A DNA stretch of 64,000 bases from Polyangiales bacterium (GTDB lineage: Bacteria > Myxococcota_A > Polyangia > Polyangiales > Houyiibacteriaceae), in contig JBATTM010000416.1 in assembly GCA_049670545.1 (NCBI GenBank), positions 1,264-65,263 on the forward strand. Reading direction: 5' to 3'. Positions 9,175-17,327 of the stretch are shown here, one piece after another (position 1 is the first letter of the stretch; each line of letters opens with the position of its first letter). The notes below the pieces were generated by a model that saw only the letters and a program-made list of their open reading frames with translations, was not told the DNA's origin and did no database searches. Position numbers and translations under genes: made by a program.

Positions 9175-10105
9175 ACCTGCGGTCACACCGTCCCGTGAGA
9201 TGGATCGGTTTCAACGATTTCTGTTCTTGAGGACGTTCCCGGGCATCGCAGAGCTTCCTCTGGAGATCGCGCAAGTAATCGCGGGGAACGCACGGCAGCG
9301 CTCGTACGAGAAGGGCGACTATCTGTGTCACCGAGGCACACCTGCGATGGAGGTGCAGTACGTCGTGTCGGGTCAGTGCGAGATCATTCGCAACGGAAGA
9401 GCCGTGCGATCGTTTGGACCGCGGAGCGTCGTTGGCGGAATCAGCGCGCTCGCGGAAGAAGAAGAAGGATACGATTGTGTCGCGCTTGGCGAGATGGTCA
9501 CATTGTCGCTGGCGATGGAGGATGCCCAAGAGATTTTCGAAGAGCACTTCGTGCTTCTCAAGCAGGTGTTGAGACGTACGAGTGCAGAAGTGATCGCGGC
9601 ACGTCGGCAGCTCGGCAAGCACGCTGGCTTCGGTCTCGTGGGGGAGGCGTTTGCGATTCCCGATCGCCCTTTTGATTTGGTCGAACGAATGGCGTTTCTA
9701 CGGAAGACGTTCTCATTCGGAGAGAGCGAGATCGACGCGATCGCCGATCTCGCGCGTGGCGTTCAAGAGTTGCACGTGCCCAAGGGCGAGGTGCTCTGGG
9801 AGATCGGCGATCGTTCGACCTATTTTCTGCTGCCGTTGCGGGGCGTGATCGACTGCCACGCCACGGAGCCGGAACAGCACTTTCGGTTGGGGCCCGGTGA
9901 TTCGGTCGGGTCGATCGACGCGGTCGCCGATGCGCGCAGGTGGTTTCGGGCCGAAGTTGCGGAGCCTCTGGTGGCGTTTCGAATCGACATCGACGTCCTG
10001 CTCGAAGTGCTCGAAGACCACTTCAGCATGGCGATGTCCTTGCTTCGCGGGATTGCGACGGGGATCTTGAATCTGTACGACCAGGAGTCCGAGCTGAAAT
10101 CTTAA
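9152..10105 (+). CDS. Tandem CAP-effector (cyclic-nucleotide-binding-like) domain protein
   Basis: Two beta-barrel cNMP-like domains (GDYLCHRGTPAMEVQYVVSGQCEII ... FGPRSVVGGISAL and GEVLWEIGDRSTYFLLPLRGVI ... LGPGDSVGSIDAV). The canonical R-[ST]-A phosphate-binding residues are not evident. ATG 9152 has a GGAGGA Shine-Dalgarno 5 nt upstream and overlaps the upstream gene by 23 nt. An alternative start lies at 9200. Confidence 0.55.
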   Translation: MRRSELPEPAVTPSREMDRFQRFLFLRTFPGIAELPLEIAQVIAGNARQRSYEKGDYLCHRGTPAMEVQYVVSGQCEIIRNGRAVRSFGPRSVVGGISALAEEEEGYDCVALGEMVTLSLAMEDAQEIFEEHFVLLKQVLRRTSAEVIAARRQLGKHAGFGLVGEAFAIPDRPFDLVERMAFLRKTFSFGESEIDAIADLARGVQELHVPKGEVLWEIGDRSTYFLLPLRGVIDCHATEPEQHFRLGPGDSVGSIDAVADARRWFRAEVAEPLVAFRIDIDVLLEVLEDHFSMAMSLLRGIATGILNLYDQESELKS

Positions 10106-10135
10106 GTAATTGAATTTATTATGTTAATTACTTTC

Positions 10136-10163
10136 TTGTCACTGCTCTTTTGTTCAGTATACT
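10136..10163 (+). promoter_or_regulatory. Sigma70-type promoter candidate for imuA-imuB-dnaE2 (TTGTCA-N16-TATACT)
   Basis: -35 TTGTCA at 10136-10141 and -10 TATACT at 10158-10163, each 5/6 to consensus with a 16-nt spacer, inside a locally AT-rich island. The imuA ATG is only 10 nt downstream of the -10. Confidence 0.5.
10142..10158 (+). promoter_or_regulatory. Candidate LexA (SOS) operator, Myxococcus-type
   Basis: CTGCTCTTTTGTTCAGT matches 14 of 17 positions of the M. xanthus LexA box CTRHAMRYBYGTTCAGS (consensus recalled from the literature), including the invariant GTTCAG. It fills the promoter spacer upstream of a cassette that is classically LexA-regulated. Confidence 0.45.
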
Positions 10164-10173
10164 GGGTGGTCCC

Positions 10174-10845
10174 ATGCCTTCTGGGACACACGAAGCCAAT
10201 GTGATCAAGCTCGAGACACCGCTCGACGCCCGCACCGAACCTTCACCCAGCCAACCTCCCACAGCACAACCGCTTTCGGCACTTCTGCCACGTGCGCGGT
10301 TGGTCGAGGTCTCGGGGCGCCACGCATGTGCACGTACCACTACGGCGGTGTCGTGTGTGATCCATGCGCAAGCGCGCGGTGAACTCGTCGCTTGGGTGCA
10401 GCCTCGTGATGGTGCGCTCTTCCCTCCTGATCTTGCGGCCGCGGGCGTCGATCTCGAAGCGTTCGTCGCCATTCACGTACCGCAACATGCAGGGCCGTTC
10501 GCATTGGTACGTACTGCCGAGTGGCTTGCCCGTTCTGGTGCGTTTGGTCTCACCATCATCGACCTCACCGATGCCATGCCGAAAGGCTCATCGGCCAATT
10601 GGCAGGGGCGGCTGCAAGGAGTGTTGCGCCAATACGACGGACGCATGCTCTTGCTTACATCCAATCAGCTCGAAGATGCATCTTCAGGTCCGCTCGTCGG
10701 GCTTCGCGTCGAGCCCCAACGGGGGCCACTTCTCGGCGATCGATTCGAAGTTCAGCCGCGGATCTTGAAAGACAAGATCGGCCTTGGCACCAGCCTTGCG
10801 ACGGCACAGCCAATCGCACCTTCAGGTTTGCAAGGTGCATCATGA
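10174..10845 (+). CDS. imuA: ImuA (SulA/RecA-like inducible mutagenesis protein)
   Basis: ARLVEVSGRHACARTTTAVSCVIHAQARGELVAWVQPRDGALFPPDLAAAGVDLEAFVAIHVP is typical of ImuA. It is first in an imuA-imuB-dnaE2 order. The TTG at 10150 lies inside the promoter, so ATG 10174 is preferred. Confidence 0.75.
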   Translation: MPSGTHEANVIKLETPLDARTEPSPSQPPTAQPLSALLPRARLVEVSGRHACARTTTAVSCVIHAQARGELVAWVQPRDGALFPPDLAAAGVDLEAFVAIHVPQHAGPFALVRTAEWLARSGAFGLTIIDLTDAMPKGSSANWQGRLQGVLRQYDGRMLLLTSNQLEDASSGPLVGLRVEPQRGPLLGDRFEVQPRILKDKIGLGTSLATAQPIAPSGLQGAS

Positions 10846-12320
10846 ATCGCGTGGCTTGCGTGCTCTTGCCCATGCTTCCGATGCAGATCTTGCTTCGGCA
10901 GAAGCCCCACTGGAGCCAAGCCCCGGTGGCCGTCGTCGATGACGAAGGTCCGCACGGCCGTGTCACACATCTCAACCCACTTGCGCGCAAGCTTCGTCTC
11001 CGCATCGGGATGCGCCAAAGCGTCGCGCGCGATCTGGTGCCCAATCTGCACACGGCCGTGGTTTCACCAGATCAAACAACGGCGATCACGGCTGAGCTCG
11101 TCGCTTCATTGCAAACCTTCTCCCCAAAGGTCGAGCCGATCGCACATTCCGGCGCGTTTCACGTGGATCCGGAGGGGCTTCGACGATTGTACGGCGGCTA
11201 TCGAAACTGGGCCACGTGCATTCATCGCTACTTGCGGGCGCGCCATTGGCGCAGTGCGGTCACCGTTGGTTTTCACCGATACCGTACGCTCGCCGTCGCG
11301 ATGTCGAACGCCACCGTCACAGTTCTACAAAGCCCTGAGCAAGAAACTGAACGCTCCAACAACACCCCACTCGGCGAGTTCGATCTTCCAGGTGATGTCT
11401 GTGAGAACCTGGCGGCATTGGGCATTGAAACTCTCGGTGATTTCTTGGTGCTTCCCTCAGGCGAACTTCACAGTCGTTTCGGCGAAGCGGCGAGCGCCCT
11501 TCACGATCGTTTCTCTGAAGGGCTACAGCTTCCCATCCAGCCTCACGCCTTCGAAGAGCCGGCGCGAATTTCGTTTCAAGTCGATCCGCCCGATGACGAC
11601 CAGCACCGTTTGTTGTTTGCCATCAAAGGCGCCCTTCATTCGCTCCTTCATCAGGTACGAGCTCGTGGTGAAGCTATCGAATCGCTCACGCTGTCGTTTC
11701 ATCTCGAGCGCGCACCGCTGCACATCGAGCGCGTCGGTCCTGCATCGCCTTCACTCGACTTGATGACGCTCCTCGAGCTGATTCGACTTCGCGTTGGAGA
11801 GATTGCGCTCGACGGGGCGGTCGAAGAAGTCGAGATCGATGCGGCCACCGTGCGCGCACATGCAGAACAACGCGCGCTTCCTGGGCACCAATCGGTTCTC
11901 GACATGGGCGCTGCACACCGTGCGCTCGCACGAATCCGAGCGGCCTATGGCGAGCAGTCGGTCACCAAGGCATCTCTGCGCGAAGCTCACCTTCCAGAGG
12001 CCTCGTTTGCGTGGGAACCCATTGACCGCACGTCCCTGCCAGCCAATGCATCTTCCGACAATCCAGCGATGATTCGCAGGGTTTTTGCGCGCCCGAGGCC
12101 CCTTCCGCCACGCAAACCCGCCGAGCCCGAGGCAGGGCCTTCGCTCTCGCAGAACCAGGCAATCGAACACCTGTATGGCCCCTATCGCGTCAGTGGCGGC
12201 TGGTGGAAGCGGCTCGTCGAGCGCGACTACTACTACGCCCAAACCGATCACGGCGACCTGCTCTGGCTCTTTTACGATCGCCCGCGCAAACGTTGGTTCC
12301 TTCACGGAGTCTTGGATTGA
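10842..12320 (+). CDS. imuB: ImuB (Y-family polymerase-like, catalytically inactive adaptor)
   Basis: ATG 10842 overlaps the imuA stop (ATGA). N-terminus MNRVACVLLPMLPMQILLRQ...APVAVVDDEG...VTHLNPLARKLRLRIGM resembles the ImuB/DinB-like fold. Its position between imuA and dnaE2 supports the call. Confidence 0.8.
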   Translation: MNRVACVLLPMLPMQILLRQKPHWSQAPVAVVDDEGPHGRVTHLNPLARKLRLRIGMRQSVARDLVPNLHTAVVSPDQTTAITAELVASLQTFSPKVEPIAHSGAFHVDPEGLRRLYGGYRNWATCIHRYLRARHWRSAVTVGFHRYRTLAVAMSNATVTVLQSPEQETERSNNTPLGEFDLPGDVCENLAALGIETLGDFLVLPSGELHSRFGEAASALHDRFSEGLQLPIQPHAFEEPARISFQVDPPDDDQHRLLFAIKGALHSLLHQVRARGEAIESLTLSFHLERAPLHIERVGPASPSLDLMTLLELIRLRVGEIALDGAVEEVEIDAATVRAHAEQRALPGHQSVLDMGAAHRALARIRAAYGEQSVTKASLREAHLPEASFAWEPIDRTSLPANASSDNPAMIRRVFARPRPLPPRKPAEPEAGPSLSQNQAIEHLYGPYRVSGGWWKRLVERDYYYAQTDHGDLLWLFYDRPRKRWFLHGVLD

Positions 12321-12326
12321 AGCACG

Positions 12327-15300
12327 ATGGGGGCGTACGTTCCGTTGTGGGTCAAGACGAACCACAGCTTTTTGGAGGGGGCGTCCTTCCCCGAAGAGCT
12401 GGTCGAGCATGCGCACGCGTTGGGGCTCCCCGCGATTGCCATCACCGATCGTGATGGTGTGTATGGGCTCGTACGGGCACACGTACGTGCCAGAGATCTA
12501 GGCATTCGCGTCATCACCGGAATGCAGCTGACTCTCGACGTCGATGGCGTGGCGCACCAAGTGGTTGCTCTCGCGAAAACTCAACGCGGATATGCCGAGT
12601 TGTGCCGTGCTCTATCCCTGGGACACGCTCGTTGCGTCAAGGGCGAAGCCCTCGTGCACGTCGCGGACATAACATCGATCGAAGACGTGTTCTTTCTATG
12701 CAACACGCCTGAAGCAATTCGTGCATTGCATCATGCAAGAGGGCCTTCTTCGTTGTTCGCGTTGTGTGCGCGCCACCTTCGCGATCACGAGCACGCGACG
12801 GAGCGCCACTTGCGTGAAGCGGCAAATGACCTCGACATCGGCTTCGTCGGGGGGAACGAAGTGCTCTATCACGATCGTGCACGCCGCCCGCTCCAAGACA
12901 TTCTGTCCTGCATTCGCAAGGGGAAAGTGCTTTCCGAGGCGGGTCATGCGATCCGAGGCAATGCCGAACACGACCTCAAGTCGGTCGACCAGATGACGCA
13001 GATGTTTTCGGACGACCCTGCTTGTTTACGACGCACACTCGACTTGGCCGAGCAATGCACGTTCAGCCTCGACGACATTCACTATCGTTACCCGGGTGAG
13101 CGCCTCCCTACGGGGCAAACCGAACAGAGTTGGCTCGAGTCGCTTGCCTATCAAGGCGCGCGCAATCGATACGATGGGTGCATTCCAACGAATGTTCGTG
13201 CGCAGATCGAGAGAGAACTCTTGATCATCGAGCGCCTCGACTACGGCGGCTACTTCCTCACCATGCACGAAATCGTCCAGTACTGTCGCGCCCATCACAT
13301 TCTGTGTCAGGGGCGTGGAAGTGCGGCCAACAGTGCTGTGTGTTTTTGCCTCGGGATCACGGCCATCGACCCAGTGCGCATGGACCTCTTGTTCGAACGC
13401 TTTCTGAGCGTCGAACGTGCTGAGCCACCGGACATCGATCTCGACATCGAGCACGACCGCCGAGAAGAAGTCATTCAACACGTGTACGACAAGTACGGTC
13501 GTCGTCATGCGGCGATGGTCGCCAACATCATTCGATATCGAATCCGTTCGGCGGTTCGCGACGTCGGCAAAGTGCTCGGGCTTCCACGTACCGATCTCGA
13601 GACGGCAACGCGGCTATTGCGGCATCGTGACGACGTTCTCAACCCCGAGTTGTTGCGAGAAGCCGGTCTCGACCAGGACTCCCCGGCCACTCATCACCTG
13701 TGGTCACTTGCGTCACAAATACTCGATTTTCCTAGGCATTTATCGATTCACCCAGGAGGTTTTCTGCTCGGTCACCGAGCGGTCGACGAGATCGTGCCCA
13801 TCGAACCCGCCACGATGGACAACCGCACCGTCATCCAATGGGACAAGTACGATGTTGAAAATCTCGCGTTGTTCAAGGTCGATCTGCTCGGGCTCGGTGC
13901 ATTGACATGCATTCATCATGCATTCGATCTGCTGCACGTACACAAGGGGCAGTCGATCGAGATGGCATCGGTACCCACTGAAGACCAAGCGACTTACGAC
14001 ATGGTCTCTGCGGGAGACACAGTCGGCGTGTTTCAGATCGAAAGCCGCGCACAGATGGCCATGCTTCCGCGCCTTCGTCCACGCACGTTCTACGATCTCG
14101 TCATCGAAGTCGCGATCGTTCGGCCAGGTCCGATTCAAGGAGACATGGTGCACCCGTATCTTCGTCGCCGAAAAGGTGAAGAGTCCGTCGAGTACCCTCA
14201 CCCGAAACTCGAACGGATTCTCAAGAAGACACTCGGCGTCCCGATCTTCCAAGAGCAGGTCATGAAACTCGCGGTCGAGGCGGCGGGGTACACGCCAGGT
14301 GAAGCTGATCAGCTGCGGCGTGACATGGCGGCGTGGCGAAAATCCGGACGCATCGAGAAGCATCGCACCCGCATGATTCCCCGCATGCTCGAACAAGGGA
14401 TCCCCGAAGAGTTCGCCGAGCGCGTTTTCTCTCAAATCCGAGGGTTTGGAGAGTACGGGTTCCCCGAAAGCCATGCAGCGTCGTTCGCTCTCCTCGCGTA
14501 CATCACAGCCTGGCTCAAATGCCACCATCACGAAGCATTCACCTGCGCCATCCTCAACGCCCAGCCAATGGGCTTCTACAGCCCCGCCACACTGGTCGAG
14601 GATGCCAAGCGCCACGGCGTCGAAGTGCTTCCCATCCACATCAACCAGAGTGCCTGGGACTGCACCCTCGAGCGGCGAGGAGGCACTAGCGCCAGCACTG
14701 ACGCTGGCACCGACACTGGCACCGACACTGGCACCGACACTGGCACCGACACTGACACTGACACTGACACTGACACTGGCACTGGCACTGACACTGACAC
14801 TGGCACTGGCACTGGCACTGACACTGACACTGGCACTGACACTGACACTGACACTGACACTGGCACTGGCACTGACACTGACACTGATCTCGCCGTGCGA
14901 ATGGGGTTGCGGTTTGTGAAGGGGTTGGGGCAGGTGGAGCGGGAGAAGATCGAGGGGGCGGGTACGACGTTTCCGAATCTGGCCACGTTCGTACGAGAGA
15001 CTCGGCTCTCACGAAGAGCGTTGCATGGGTTGGCCGAAGCCGGGGCGTTTGAATGCTTTGGTCTCAATCGACGAGATGCGATTTGGCAGGTGCGAAGCCT
15101 CGCTCGATTCACACGAGATTCACTCCCGCTCGAACCAGGGTCGAGCCAGATCTCATTCTCGTCGCTAGTCCACGACGACGAAGTGATCTGGGATTACCGC
15201 GCGAGCCATCACAGCACGCGCGGTCACCCGATGCGGGGGCTGCGAGGAGCCCTCGAGGCGCGCCACATCCCGAACGCCGAGAGTGTGCGGCATACGGAGC

Positions 15301-15587
15301 ATGGCAGGCAGGCAAGCTATGTGGGCATGGTCATCTGCCGACAACGCCCAGGAACCGCATCCGGCGTGACGTTCTTCACACTCGAAGATGAAACTGGATT
15401 CGTGAACGTGGTCGTGTGGAAGCACGTGTTTGACCAGTATGCCACCATCGCAAAGACCGCATCGCTTCTCGGGATTACCGGAGAGATCCAAAAAGCCGAC
15501 GGCGTGGTCCACCTGATCGCGAAGTCGTTATGGGTGCCCGAGCTTGCCGTCGCCGATCACCCGCGACAATCGCGTGACTTTCACTGA
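12327..15587 (+). CDS. dnaE2: Error-prone DNA polymerase III alpha-like DnaE2 (ImuC)
   Basis: 1086 aa. PHP N-terminus (VPLWVKTNHSFLEGASFPEELVEHAHALGLPAIAITDRDGVYG), polymerase core (GRGSAANSAVCFCLGIT, PDIDLDIEH, QIESRAQM) and an OB-fold C-terminus. It contains a ~68-aa TD/TG low-complexity insertion. Confidence 0.92.
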   Translation: MGAYVPLWVKTNHSFLEGASFPEELVEHAHALGLPAIAITDRDGVYGLVRAHVRARDLGIRVITGMQLTLDVDGVAHQVVALAKTQRGYAELCRALSLGHARCVKGEALVHVADITSIEDVFFLCNTPEAIRALHHARGPSSLFALCARHLRDHEHATERHLREAANDLDIGFVGGNEVLYHDRARRPLQDILSCIRKGKVLSEAGHAIRGNAEHDLKSVDQMTQMFSDDPACLRRTLDLAEQCTFSLDDIHYRYPGERLPTGQTEQSWLESLAYQGARNRYDGCIPTNVRAQIERELLIIERLDYGGYFLTMHEIVQYCRAHHILCQGRGSAANSAVCFCLGITAIDPVRMDLLFERFLSVERAEPPDIDLDIEHDRREEVIQHVYDKYGRRHAAMVANIIRYRIRSAVRDVGKVLGLPRTDLETATRLLRHRDDVLNPELLREAGLDQDSPATHHLWSLASQILDFPRHLSIHPGGFLLGHRAVDEIVPIEPATMDNRTVIQWDKYDVENLALFKVDLLGLGALTCIHHAFDLLHVHKGQSIEMASVPTEDQATYDMVSAGDTVGVFQIESRAQMAMLPRLRPRTFYDLVIEVAIVRPGPIQGDMVHPYLRRRKGEESVEYPHPKLERILKKTLGVPIFQEQVMKLAVEAAGYTPGEADQLRRDMAAWRKSGRIEKHRTRMIPRMLEQGIPEEFAERVFSQIRGFGEYGFPESHAASFALLAYITAWLKCHHHEAFTCAILNAQPMGFYSPATLVEDAKRHGVEVLPIHINQSAWDCTLERRGGTSASTDAGTDTGTDTGTDTGTDTDTDTDTDTGTGTDTDTGTGTGTDTDTGTDTDTDTDTGTGTDTDTDLAVRMGLRFVKGLGQVEREKIEGAGTTFPNLATFVRETRLSRRALHGLAEAGAFECFGLNRRDAIWQVRSLARFTRDSLPLEPGSSQISFSSLVHDDEVIWDYRASHHSTRGHPMRGLRGALEARHIPNAESVRHTEHGRQASYVGMVICRQRPGTASGVTFFTLEDETGFVNVVVWKHVFDQYATIAKTASLLGITGEIQKADGVVHLIAKSLWVPELAVADHPRQSRDFH
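14682..14888 (+). repeat. In-frame hexanucleotide tandem repeat (GACACT/GGCACT/GGCACC)n, about 34 units
   Basis: Read directly: ggcacc gacact ggcacc gacact ... gacact gacact ggcact ggcact ... It translates in the dnaE2 frame as GTSASTDAGTDTGTDTGTDTGTDTDTDTDTDTGTGTDTDT...TDTD. Confidence 0.95.
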
Positions 15588-16003
15588 CTTCCAAGAGCGA
15601 TCTTCACGAGCTCGATCGCCCAGTACGCTTCGATTGCAAGCTGAACGGAGAAGAACGTGACACGAACCGTGATCGCGAGGTTACTCGTCGAGAGCAAGTG
15701 CGTGAGGCTCTGCCCGATGCGCGCCAAGAGCACCCACAACGCAAGCGCATCCGTCACCTCGGAGTGTCCGGTGACGATCGCCGTCAACACGATCACACCG
15801 AAGATCGGGAGGTTCTCGACGCAGTTGGCGTGCGCACGGCAAAGCCGCATGTGAAAGGGGGATACATCCGAGCCGTCAGGCTTGAACTCGGCACTTGCCC
15901 GCCGATTGATGAGGAAAATCCATGAGCGAAGTGTGATCGTCGTCAACACCAACAAGAGGGTCCACCCGGCGAACCCGAGGAGAGCCAACACTGAATTCGA
16001 CAT
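15581..16003 (-). CDS. MAPEG-family membrane protein
   Basis: 140 aa with 4 predicted TM helices. The motif RLCRAHANCVENLPIFGVIVL resembles the MAPEG (microsomal GST-like) signature. It converges on dnaE2 with a 7-nt overlap. Confidence 0.6.
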   Translation of the reverse strand: MSNSVLALLGFAGWTLLLVLTTITLRSWIFLINRRASAEFKPDGSDVSPFHMRLCRAHANCVENLPIFGVIVLTAIVTGHSEVTDALALWVLLARIGQSLTHLLSTSNLAITVRVTFFSVQLAIEAYWAIELVKIALGSQ

Positions 16004-16029
16004 CCTGCCTCCCGGTCAGACGACCTCGC

Positions 16030-16533
16030 TCACTCGAGCTGCATCTCTGGTTCTTCGCGGCGCGGATGAAGATCCTCGCGCCCAATCGTACGTACACACG
16101 CATTCCACCTCAGAATCGCGTCATCGACCCCGGGTGGCTTCAAGCCATCCGCTCGCTCGTAGTGGACCATCGCCTCGTGAAGCCCTTCGTAGGCGAACGT
16201 GCGCGCGATGCCACCTTGGGTGAGGTGGGCTCTGCCTTGGCGCTCGGCCACCAACCCGGTGTAGTACTCGCGCTCGTACTCACTCGGCAGCTTCGCGACC
16301 TGCTCGAGGGCGCGCCGCGCAGCGTGCGATCCGCCCCCGCCGCTGAACTGATCGGTGAGTGCGAGGATCAACGTGATTCGCGCGCGCGCGTTTCCATCGT
16401 CGATCGCAAGCACATCGAGTGAAATGCTCTCTGCTTGCTCCGGGTCGTTCAAGAGACGGTAGTGCTCGGCTCTCTCGACCGCACGCGCGATCGCGTCCTG
16501 TGAGATGGTCTTCAGTGCGAAGCGTTCTGCCAT
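16030..16533 (-). CDS. Hypothetical helical protein following sdhB
   Basis: 167-aa ORF starting 12 nt after the sdhB stop, with a codon pattern consistent with coding. No family recognised. Confidence 0.45.
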   Translation of the reverse strand: MAERFALKTISQDAIARAVERAEHYRLLNDPEQAESISLDVLAIDDGNARARITLILALTDQFSGGGGSHAARRALEQVAKLPSEYEREYYTGLVAERQGRAHLTQGGIARTFAYEGLHEAMVHYERADGLKPPGVDDAILRWNACVRTIGREDLHPRREEPEMQLE

Positions 16534-16544
16534 GGTGCCCTCCG

Positions 16545-17327
16545 CTACTCGCCCGAGTGCTCTTCCGAGCGGGATTTCATCCGAAGCTTACGCCCGGCGA
16601 AGAGCCGCGCCACCCGAGCCAGCGGGTCGTAGTACCGGTCGACGACGCGTTCCTTCAGAGGAATGATCCCGTTGTCGGTGATGTTGATGTGCTCAGGGCA
16701 CATCTCGGTGCAACAGCGCGTGATGTTGCACATTCCCGAACCGTACTCCTTCTTGATCTCGGGAACGCGGTCGTCGTCATCGAGCGGGTGCATCTCGAGA
16801 CTGGCCAATCGCACCATGAAACGCGGGCCGACGAACGCGTCTTTGCGGTCCCGATCACGAACTACGTGGCAAACATCTTGGCAGAGGAAGCATTCGATGC
16901 ATTTGCGGAACTCTTGAACACGGTCGACGTCTTCTTGGTACATGCGGTGTTCGCCGTCACTGCCTCGCGGCCTCGGCTTGAACGGCGCAATGCGTTTGTT
17001 CTGCTCGTAGTTCCAGGAGACGTCGCTCACGAGGTCTTTGATCACGGGAAACGCCTTGAGCGGCTGGACTGTGATCGTCTCGCTCGGCGAGAACACGTTC
17101 ATTCGCGTCATGCAACCGAGCCGCGGGCGGCCGTTGATCTCCATGGAACACGATCCGCACTTCCCGGCCTTGCAGTTCCACCGAATCGCGAGGTCGTTCG
17201 CCTGCTTCGCCTGAATGCGATGGAGCACGTCGAGGACTACCATCCCTTCGTCGACTTCCTCGTCGTACTCCTGGAAGTCGCCGCCTTGAGAGTCACCACG
17301 CCAGATCCGAAACGCACGCTTGGTCAT
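16545..17327 (-). CDS. sdhB: Succinate dehydrogenase / fumarate reductase iron-sulfur subunit
   Basis: Start MTKRAFRIWRG overlaps the sdhA stop (ATGA at 17324-17327). Cys clusters for 2Fe-2S (CKAGKCGSCSMEINGRPRLGC), 4Fe-4S (CIECFLCQDVC) and a second cluster (CNITRCCTEMCP). Confidence 0.9.
   Translation of the reverse strand: MTKRAFRIWRGDSQGGDFQEYDEEVDEGMVVLDVLHRIQAKQANDLAIRWNCKAGKCGSCSMEINGRPRLGCMTRMNVFSPSETITVQPLKAFPVIKDLVSDVSWNYEQNKRIAPFKPRPRGSDGEHRMYQEDVDRVQEFRKCIECFLCQDVCHVVRDRDRKDAFVGPRFMVRLASLEMHPLDDDDRVPEIKKEYGSGMCNITRCCTEMCPEHINITDNGIIPLKERVVDRYYDPLARVARLFAGRKLRMKSRSEEHSGE

Noticed and set aside
14682-14888. Possibility that the repeat block is a CRISPR array or minisatellite mobile-element scar
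   Set aside because: The units are 6 nt with no spacers and no cas genes nearby. The tract is perfectly in frame within dnaE2.
14576-15112. ORFs encoding (SV/PV)n and (CQ)n (14686-15012) on the minus strand, and (LA/LT)n on the plus strand (14446-14919)
   Set aside because: These are alternative-frame readings of the hexanucleotide repeat inside dnaE2 and have no independent coding evidence.
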